64,000 bases of DNA from an uncultured Clostridia bacterium (GTDB taxonomy: Bacteria > Bacillota > Clostridia > Christensenellales > Borkfalkiaceae). The DNA is taken from the NCBI GenBank assembly GCA_934248055.1, contig CAKQKI010000008.1, positions 1,835 through 65,834 of the forward strand, written 5' to 3'. Shown here one piece after another: positions 57,704 to 64,000 of this stretch. Below the pieces are notes generated by a model. It had not been told where the DNA came from, searched no databases, and saw only the letters and a list, made by a program, of their open reading frames with translations. Numbering within the stretch: the first letter of the stretch is position 1; every line of letters begins with the position of its first letter. Both the position numbers and the translations under genes were made by a program.

Positions 57704-59296
57704 TTAGTACTCGTTCCTTAAATTTTTCCAAACCGCCGCGGTAAAATTTTTACCGCTTTCACTTGTCAAAAACTCTTCAATATTACTGAAATAACACACT
57801 TTTTCAAGGTATTTCTGATTATCTGCAAGGCAAACTACAGGCATTTCGACTGCGCAGCAAATATAAAAATCGTTAAGTGCCGTATCTTCGCGCTCTTCAA
57901 TTGCGAGCGCGCCGTAATTATAAAAAGATACGCCGCCGAAATTTTCTCCGCTTAAGTCGATTATCTCCGTTACTACCCTTTCGCAACTTTTGCACGACGT
58001 ATACATAACCGAAGTTTTAGTCGTTATTTCCGTATTGCTTCCGTCAAACAGATACCATATTCTTACGTCCTGCAATTTTGCCCCGCTCCCGTCGATACCG
58101 AGTACTGTTCTGTGGTATCCGGGGTTTGCTTCTCCGAGCACTTCGTTTTCAAACGATATTTCGGTAAAGTTTACGTTTTTAATCGTCGCGCCTTTGAAAT
58201 TTCCGAACAAGCCGCCGTTTCCCGCGATAAAGTTCACGGCGTGACCGTTTCCGTCAAGCGTTCCCGTAAAACCGTATCCTTCGCTTATCGCGTCGGGATT
58301 ATGCTCTATAAAAAGCGCTTCGTCGCTGCCGTCGACGGGAATAAGATCGTTATCTAAAACGTAATAACCGTTATCGTTTTTCTTTGAAGCAACTTCGAAA
58401 ATTTTCAAATCGCTTTGAGTTTTAAGTATTTTAGTTACTGTAAAAAGGTTGTTTACGTACACGTTCGAAGAATAATCGAAAACGTCCGCCCGTATAATTT
58501 CTCCGCCATTAAAAGCAAGGCTTTCCGCGGAAATTTTCACACTTTCTCCGCTTACTTTCGCAATACAATAATTTCCGTCTACAAGCGCGGGATAAAAGCC
58601 GTTCTGCAACTTATACGCATTGCCGAAAGTTATTTCGCCGTTTGCCGTTTCGGCGTATTCGGGGTTATTCTGAGTTTCGATTGCGGCTGCGCTTATTCCC
58701 GTAACGCAATCGCTGTAAAAATCTTCGGTATAGTCTTTATAATTCTCGCTTGCCATTATCTCGGCGGCAAGCATTGTCACGGAGCGCGCGTTCGCTTTAT
58801 AATCGCTCTCGGCGTATTCTACAATCTCTTTGCCGCTTTCGGTCGTTATCGATACGTACGGTAACGCGTAAACGGGCGTGGAATATTTCTCCGCCGAAGG
58901 TTCGGGGTACGATATCGAAAACGAAAATTCGCATATCTCGTTCACAAACTTTATATCTTCTTTTTTAAGACACAGCGCGCTTTCGAGTTTATACTTTTCA
59001 GAATTTTCTTTTTTAAAGCGGCTTTCGCCTATCGCGGGACCTTTCAACGCGTAAAAATTTATATCCGCTCCGGGATATTTCGTAAGAAGTTCCCTGTAAT
59101 ACTCGTTGGTGAACTTTGCCGTCCATACAATATTCTTTTCGCCGTCTTTTTCGCGCAATTCCGCGCCGACGTTCATTGAAAAACTAAAATCTGCCGCGGC
59201 ATAGTTGCCGCTGTTTTCCATTACGACGAAACAAACCGTTAAACTTGTAAGCATTGCGAAAAATAAACGCAGTATCAACGTAAAGCGACGTTTCAT
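57704..59296 (-). CDS. Hypothetical secreted or membrane-anchored protein
   Basis: 530 aa with an N-terminal hydrophobic signal or anchor. I recognise no family. Confidence 0.55.
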   Translation of the reverse strand: MKRRFTLILRLFFAMLTSLTVCFVVMENSGNYAAADFSFSMNVGAELREKDGEKNIVWTAKFTNEYYRELLTKYPGADINFYALKGPAIGESRFKKENSEKYKLESALCLKKEDIKFVNEICEFSFSISYPEPSAEKYSTPVYALPYVSITTESGKEIVEYAESDYKANARSVTMLAAEIMASENYKDYTEDFYSDCVTGISAAAIETQNNPEYAETANGEITFGNAYKLQNGFYPALVDGNYCIAKVSGESVKISAESLAFNGGEIIRADVFDYSSNVYVNNLFTVTKILKTQSDLKIFEVASKKNDNGYYVLDNDLIPVDGSDEALFIEHNPDAISEGYGFTGTLDGNGHAVNFIAGNGGLFGNFKGATIKNVNFTEISFENEVLGEANPGYHRTVLGIDGSGAKLQDVRIWYLFDGSNTEITTKTSVMYTSCKSCERVVTEIIDLSGENFGGVSFYNYGALAIEEREDTALNDFYICCAVEMPVVCLADNQKYLEKVCYFSNIEEFLTSESGKNFTAAVWKNLRNEY

Positions 59297-59436
59297 GATA
59301 ACTCTCCGAATTCGTGGAATATACTTATCCAGTCGTCTTTGAAACGCGACGAAGAGTACTGCGGACTTACGGTAACCACACTGTCCGCCTTTATCGTAAC
59401 AACAATAATCTCAGGTGTTTTATAAATTTTAGCCAT
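59293..59436 (-). CDS. Unannotated small ORF, 47 aa (MAKIYKTPEIIVVTIKADSVVTVSPQYSSSRFKDDWISIFHEFGELS)
   Basis: Its TGA stop overlaps the ATG of the 530-aa gene (ATGA). Its N-terminus is paralogous to the 44-aa ORF at 40580-40714. The RBS is weak. Confidence 0.4.
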   Translation of the reverse strand: MAKIYKTPEIIVVTIKADSVVTVSPQYSSSRFKDDWISIFHEFGELS

Positions 59437-59733
59437 TACGTATACTCGAATTTAAAAAATAATGATGAATTTTGATAAAAATTATATCACTTTGTCGAAA
59501 TTTTGTCAATTATTAGCACTTGCATTTCGTAAATTTTTATTTTTTTATTATTTTTCCTTTTTAGCCGCAAGCGATCGCACCTGAACTCGGTCATTTGCGT
59601 CGTGTTTTCAGGCTAAAACAAGGCGCGTGATAGAAGTAAATTAAGCAAAATCGATTTTTTAGCAGTTGACGTTTATGCTTTACAAAAACTCGTCGGCATG
59701 CTAAAATTAACAAAGAGATTAAAGGAGAATTTA

Positions 59734-61692
59734 ATGAACGACCAAGCGGTTTGGATGTGGAACTACGGCGACTACGAACTGTTTCACAACATAAAATTAC
59801 ATTCGAGAAGGCAAGAGTTCGGTATGGATTTTCCGCCGTTTTTTCCTATCGCGGGTATAACGCCTTTGGTGATTTTTTCCGCGACGGTAAACGTGCCTGA
59901 AGACGATTTTATCACGGTTAAAATAAACGGCAAAGGGAGAATCGGGGTCGATTATAAATTTTACCCGCCAGGCGACGGTATACCCGTGCCGAAAGGGAAA
60001 AGAAATATCGAAATAACCGTTATAAACGAAAACGGACTTCCCGCGGCGTACGCTTGCGGTAAGTACGTTAAAAGCGGTAACGTATTCGGTTGCTCGCAAT
60101 TTCGCGGCGATTTTAAACCTGTCGGATGCGTGCCGGAATATCGCTCGCCAACAGCGAACGTTGAAAAATTCCCGTTTAAATATCGCAAGGTTTTTCCGGA
60201 ACGAGAAGAAGAAACGGGCGGCGGTGCGCTATACGACTTTAACGAAGAATCTTTCGGACTTATCGTTATGGAAAACCTTTCATCTTCTGCGAAAGTTTAT
60301 TACGGCGAAAGCAGAGAAGAGGCTCTTTCGTGCGGCGATGCGATTTTATCGGAAAGCGTAAAAGCCGCTAAAAAAACGATTTTAAAATCAAGGGCGTTCA
60401 GATATATTTACGTTAAAGGCGCAAAGCCCGTTTCCCTTTACGCAAAACTCGAATATCTGCCGCATAAAAACATAGGCGATTTTCATTCCGACGACGTTTT
60501 GGTGGAAAAAGTATTCAAGGTCTGCAAGCACACTTTCGGATTATGTTCGAGAGAATTTTATTTGGACGGAATAAAACGCGATCGCTGGGTCTGGGCGGGC
60601 GACGCATATCAAACTTATATAATAAACAGATATTTAAATCGCGACGACGAAACGGTAAAGCGTACGATAATCGCGCTACTCGGAAAACCGCCTTATACCG
60701 CGCATATAAATACCATAAACGATTATTCGGCTTATCTTATAATTATGACGGCGGACTATTACAAAAGCACGGCTGACGCGGATTTTATAAAAGCGATTTA
60801 CCCCCGCGTAAAGGCGCTATATCTTTTTATAAAAGAACGGCTTGACGAAAACGGCTTCGTCGTAGAGCGCCCCGGCGACTGGATTTTTATAGACTGGGCG
60901 GTTCTCGATAAAGAAGGTCCGCACTCTTTCGAACAGATACTTTTATATAAAGTATGCGTTTCGATGAGAAATCTCGCTATGGCGGTAGGCGATGACGAAG
61001 GTTTTATTCAAAACGAAGCCTTACTTAAAGAAAAAATTTATCAAAAGTTTTACGATAAAGAACTCGGCGGCTTTGTTGACGGATACGTTTCGGGCAAGAA
61101 GCAAATCAGTCGTCAGCAAAACGTAATGGCAGTGCTTACGGGCTTTACCACGGAAAAGGAGAATGCGCTTATTCTCGAAAAAGTACTTAAAAACCCCGCG
61201 ATACCGCCGATAAAAACGCCCTATTTTAAGTTTTACGAACTTTGCGCGTTTTGCGAACTCGAAGAGGTAAAAGTTGCCCAAGATATGATAACCGAATACT
61301 GGGGCGGTATGCTTGCAGAAGGCGCGACCAGTTTTTACGAGGAATACGACCCCGCTGTAACGGGTATAGAAAAATACGCTATGTACGGCAACAAATTCGC
61401 TAAAAGTCTTTGCCACGCTTGGGGCTCGGGACCGATAGCGATCCTTCTTAAATACGTAGCAGGTGTTCGCCTTGACGAGAGTGGTAAAACGTTTACGATT
61501 ATCCCTTGTCCCGGTAAATATAAAAGATTTACGGCAACCGTTCCGGTTTTCGGCGGTGCGGTTAAAGTGGTTTACGATAACGGCAAAATAAAGGTTGCTT
61601 CGAGCGTTTCGGGCGGTAAACTGATAATCAACGACAAAACTTATATAATAAACGAAAATTCGTCGGTTACGGCGTGGAATGCGGAGAAATAA
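59734..61692 (+). CDS. Six-hairpin glycoside hydrolase, alpha-L-rhamnosidase (GH78)-like
   Basis: I prefer the start at 59734 (MNDQAVWMW) because AAAGGAG lies upstream. KRDRWVWAGDAY and CHAWGSGP resemble GH78 catalytic-domain motifs. Confidence 0.55.
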   Translation: MNDQAVWMWNYGDYELFHNIKLHSRRQEFGMDFPPFFPIAGITPLVIFSATVNVPEDDFITVKINGKGRIGVDYKFYPPGDGIPVPKGKRNIEITVINENGLPAAYACGKYVKSGNVFGCSQFRGDFKPVGCVPEYRSPTANVEKFPFKYRKVFPEREEETGGGALYDFNEESFGLIVMENLSSSAKVYYGESREEALSCGDAILSESVKAAKKTILKSRAFRYIYVKGAKPVSLYAKLEYLPHKNIGDFHSDDVLVEKVFKVCKHTFGLCSREFYLDGIKRDRWVWAGDAYQTYIINRYLNRDDETVKRTIIALLGKPPYTAHINTINDYSAYLIIMTADYYKSTADADFIKAIYPRVKALYLFIKERLDENGFVVERPGDWIFIDWAVLDKEGPHSFEQILLYKVCVSMRNLAMAVGDDEGFIQNEALLKEKIYQKFYDKELGGFVDGYVSGKKQISRQQNVMAVLTGFTTEKENALILEKVLKNPAIPPIKTPYFKFYELCAFCELEEVKVAQDMITEYWGGMLAEGATSFYEEYDPAVTGIEKYAMYGNKFAKSLCHAWGSGPIAILLKYVAGVRLDESGKTFTIIPCPGKYKRFTATVPVFGGAVKVVYDNGKIKVASSVSGGKLIINDKTYIINENSSVTAWNAEK

Positions 61693-62267
61693 AAATGTCT
61701 TTGGAAAGAGTAAGAGAGTATTTTAAGAAATTCGGTATTGAGAACAGAATAAAGGTATTGCCCGAGTCGTGCGCGACGGTCGCGCTTGCGGCACACGCGC
61801 TCGGTACGGAAGAAAAACGAATAGCGAAAACGCTTTCTTTTCACGCGGGCGAAAAAGTCGTTTTAATAGTTTGCGCCGGCGACGCAAAAATTGACAACGC
61901 GAAATATAAAGCATACTTTAAAACCAAAGCGAAGATGCTCGGCGTAGAAGAAGCCGCTTTTTTAGTCGGACACGCCGTGGGCGGGGTATGTCCGTTTGCG
62001 GTAAACGACGGAGTAGAGATTTATCTCGACGAGTCGCTTAAACGTTTTGATACGGTTTTCCCCGCGTGTGGCAGCGGCAACAGCGCGATAGAAATGACTA
62101 TTGATGAAATAGAAAAATATTCGGGTTATATCGCGTGGATAGACGTTACCAAACTCCCCGAATAAAGCGTTACGCCGTAAAACCGCAGACAATATGTAGC
62201 GCAAAAGCAAAGCGGCTTATTACCGTTACGCGCCGCGATTAGACGTAAACCGTATAAACAGGTATGC
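61653..62267. repeat. Left arm of a 615-bp inverted duplication
   Basis: Reverse-complement match to 63278-63892 with only scattered mismatches. The outer ~40 nt are more diverged. Confidence 0.9.
61695..62165 (+). CDS. YbaK/EbsC-type aminoacyl-tRNA deacylase domain protein, copy A
   Basis: 156 aa from MSLERVREYF. GHAVGGVCPF is typical of YbaK/ProX editing domains. Confidence 0.8.
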   Translation: MSLERVREYFKKFGIENRIKVLPESCATVALAAHALGTEEKRIAKTLSFHAGEKVVLIVCAGDAKIDNAKYKAYFKTKAKMLGVEEAAFLVGHAVGGVCPFAVNDGVEIYLDESLKRFDTVFPACGSGNSAIEMTIDEIEKYSGYIAWIDVTKLPE

Positions 62268-62385
62268 CGGACAAAAATAATTGAAGCCTTGCAAAAAGGA
62301 ATTACGTTTGACGCGCAAAGCGAAAGATAATAAATAAAAAACTGTTGCTTGTGACTTTATGGTCATGCAAATATAAGGGAATTAT

Positions 62386-63258
62386 ATGAAAATATCAATC
62401 AGATTTTTTAACGATAAAGAAGTGCGCGCCGCTTGGAACGAGAAAAACAACAGGTGGTATTTCAGCGTTCTTGATATTATCGGGGCAATCAGAAAAGAAG
62501 ATAATTACGAAAAATGCCGTAACTATTGGAAATATCTGAAAGCCAAACTGAAAAAAGAAAACAGCGAGTTGGTTAGTGCCACTACCCAACTGAAATTAAC
62601 TGCCGCCGACGGGAAAAAGTATATGTCGGACGCCTTGGATTCTGACGGAGTTATTAAACTCGCCGCAGAATTTCCGAGCAAGGTCGGCGCAGAGTTTATC
62701 GGCTGGTTTACGCGGTCGGACGATACGATTGACGGCAAAAGTAAGCAAAAAGCATACGCATTGTTTGATAGTTCTTTTATAGACGCCATCGAGATAGGAA
62801 CAGTCAAAGGCTTACAACAAATTCACGCGTATTTATTCGGCGGTTTATATGATTTTGCCGGGCAAATCCGCACGCTTAATATTGCAAAAGGCGGTTTTGC
62901 CTTTGTCCCCGCTATGTTTTTACAGGATAATTTACGGTTGATTGAAAAAATGCCCGAAGATACGCTTGAAAACATAGTAAAAAAGTACGTTGAAATGAAC
63001 GTTGCTCATCCGTTTATGGAAGGAAACGGTCGAAGTACTCGTATATGGCTCGATTTGATACTGAAAAAGAATCTTAAAAAATGCACCGACTGGAGCAAAA
63101 TCGATAAGAAGGAATACCTTACTGCAATGCAGGAAAGCCCCGTGGATTCTTCTCATATTTACGAACTTATAAAATACGCATTGACCGACGATATAAATAA
63201 TCGAGAAATCTTTATGAAAGGAATCGACTACTCTTATTATTACGAGCAAGTTGACTGA
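62386..63258 (+). CDS. Bro-N-like DNA-binding domain fused to a Fic (AMPylase family) domain
   Basis: 290 aa with the canonical Fic motif [12 protein letters not shown]. The N-terminus [31 protein letters not shown] is Bro-N/antirepressor-like. Confidence 0.8.
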   Translation: MKISIRFFNDKEVRAAWNEKNNRWYFSVLDIIGAIRKEDNYEKCRNYWKYLKAKLKKENSELVSATTQLKLTAADGKKYMSDALDSDGVIKLAAEFPSKVGAEFIGWFTRSDDTIDGKSKQKAYALFDSSFIDAIEIGTVKGLQQIHAYLFGGLYDFAGQIRTLNIAKGGFAFVPAMFLQDNLRLIEKMPEDTLENIVKKYVEMNVAHPFMEGNGRSTRIWLDLILKKNLKKCTDWSKIDKKEYLTAMQESPVDSSHIYELIKYALTDDINNREIFMKGIDYSYYYEQVD

Positions 63259-63277
63259 TCTGTTTCAATGTTCAACA

Positions 63278-63892
63278 GCATACCTATTTATACGGTTTAC
63301 GTCTGATCGCGGCGTGTAACGGTAATAAGCCGCTTTGCTTTTGCGCTACATATTGTCTGCGGTTTTACGGCGTAACGCTTTATTCGGGAAGTTTGGTAAC
63401 GTCTATCCACGCGATATAACCCGAATATTTTTCTATTTCATCAATAGTCATTTCTATCGCGCTGTTGCCGCTGCCACACGCGGGGAAAACCGTATCAAAA
63501 CGTTTAAGCGACTCGTCGAGATAAATCTCTACTCCGTCGTTTACCGCAAACGGACATACCCCGCCCACGGCGTGTCCGACTAAAAAAGCGGCTTCTTCTA
63601 CGCTGAGCATCTTCGCTTTGGTTTTAAAGTATGCTTTATATTTCGCGTTGTCAATTTTTGCGTCGCCTGCGCAAACTATTAAAACGACTTTTTCGCCCGC
63701 GTGAAAAGAAAGCGTTTTCGCTATCCGTTTTTCTTCCGTACCGAGCGCATGCGCCGCAAGCGCGACCGTCGCGCTCGACTCGGGCAATACCTTTATACTG
63801 TTATCAATACCGAATTTCTTAAAATACTCTCTTACTCTTTCCAAAGACATTTTTATTCCTACGCAATCAACGCCGTAATCGACGACTTTTCG
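63278..63892. repeat. Right arm of the 615-bp inverted duplication
   Basis: See the left arm. The inner ends are GGTATGC (62261-62267) and GCATACC (63278-63284). Confidence 0.9.
63380..63850 (-). CDS. YbaK/EbsC-type aminoacyl-tRNA deacylase domain protein, copy B
   Basis: 156 aa. It differs from copy A at 4 residues (E15D, R17S, C25S, G82S). Confidence 0.8.
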   Translation of the reverse strand: MSLERVREYFKKFGIDNSIKVLPESSATVALAAHALGTEEKRIAKTLSFHAGEKVVLIVCAGDAKIDNAKYKAYFKTKAKMLSVEEAAFLVGHAVGGVCPFAVNDGVEIYLDESLKRFDTVFPACGSGNSAIEMTIDEIEKYSGYIAWIDVTKLPE

Positions 63893-64000
63893 ATTTTATT
63901 TTTGTCTGGCATTCCATTCGTCGGGGCTATCGTCGCATAAGTCAGCGAATATATCAACGGCACGGAAAAATAGCGCGTAAACATTTCATATATAAAAATA
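63859..64000 (-). CDS. 3' end of an unidentified gene running off the window
   Basis: An open minus-strand frame gives ...YEMFTRYFSVPLIYSLTYATIAPTNGMPDKNKIEKSSITALIA*. Only 46 codons are visible. Confidence 0.25.
   Translation of the reverse strand, partial: IFIYEMFTRYFSVPLIYSLTYATIAPTNGMPDKNKIEKSSITALIA

Noticed and set aside
61962-62210. 82-aa ORFs antisense to both ybaK copies (also 63335-63583), duplicated and therefore superficially conserved
   Set aside because: Their conservation is a by-product of the inverted duplication. They lie opposite a well-supported gene and have no RBS.

Overview
This 64-kb chromosomal window appears to come from a spore-forming Firmicute, probably Clostridia-like, because yqfC and yqfD are present and the codons are CpG-rich. 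Hand counts on single 60-nt lines give about 45-55% G+C for the backbone.

The backbone consists of housekeeping blocks:
- rplA-rplK-nusG-secE-rpmG
- era-ybeY-pgpH-like-phoH-yqfD-yqfC
- galM-asnA
- guaB-guaA
- tRNA-Leu(CAA), then polA-coaE-SLT

The accessory content is mostly carbohydrate metabolism:
- An AraC-controlled cassette of LmbE deacetylase, NagB-like enzyme, PfkB kinase and class II aldolase.
- A 19-kb single-strand glycan-utilisation locus. It encodes three large CBM-rich surface proteins (one with a GH5-like domain), an ABC importer, a GH1, three Gfo/Idh/MocA oxidoreductases, a TIM-barrel isomerase-like protein, an SDR, nagA and nagB.
- A GH78-like gene.

The most notable observations are:
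1. An AT-rich island of about 6-7.5 kb abuts tRNA-Leu (about 30% G+C in sampled lines). It encodes a 1071-aa STAND NTPase (Zn-ribbon, HEPN-like RNxxxxH motif, NACHT-like P-loop, TPR-like repeats), a GH29-like gene and a 486-aa protein with two C-terminal TM helices. I read this as a candidate uncharacterised defence module.
2. A 615-bp near-identical inverted duplication, each arm carrying a ybaK-like deacylase gene, brackets a Bro-N/Fic fusion gene.
3. A 293-bp structured intergenic element is bounded by a perfect 18-nt inverted repeat that includes the start codon of the downstream esterase.
4. Two paralogous unannotated small ORFs (44 and 47 aa) sit directly upstream of large secreted proteins. 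Their N-termini resemble the YxxP leader motif of RiPP precursors.
5. An array of eight A-tract/CGCG units lies in an operon control region.

I found no rRNA, CRISPR array, transposase or integrase. Every functional call rests on my own motif recognition in the supplied translations. No database search was run.
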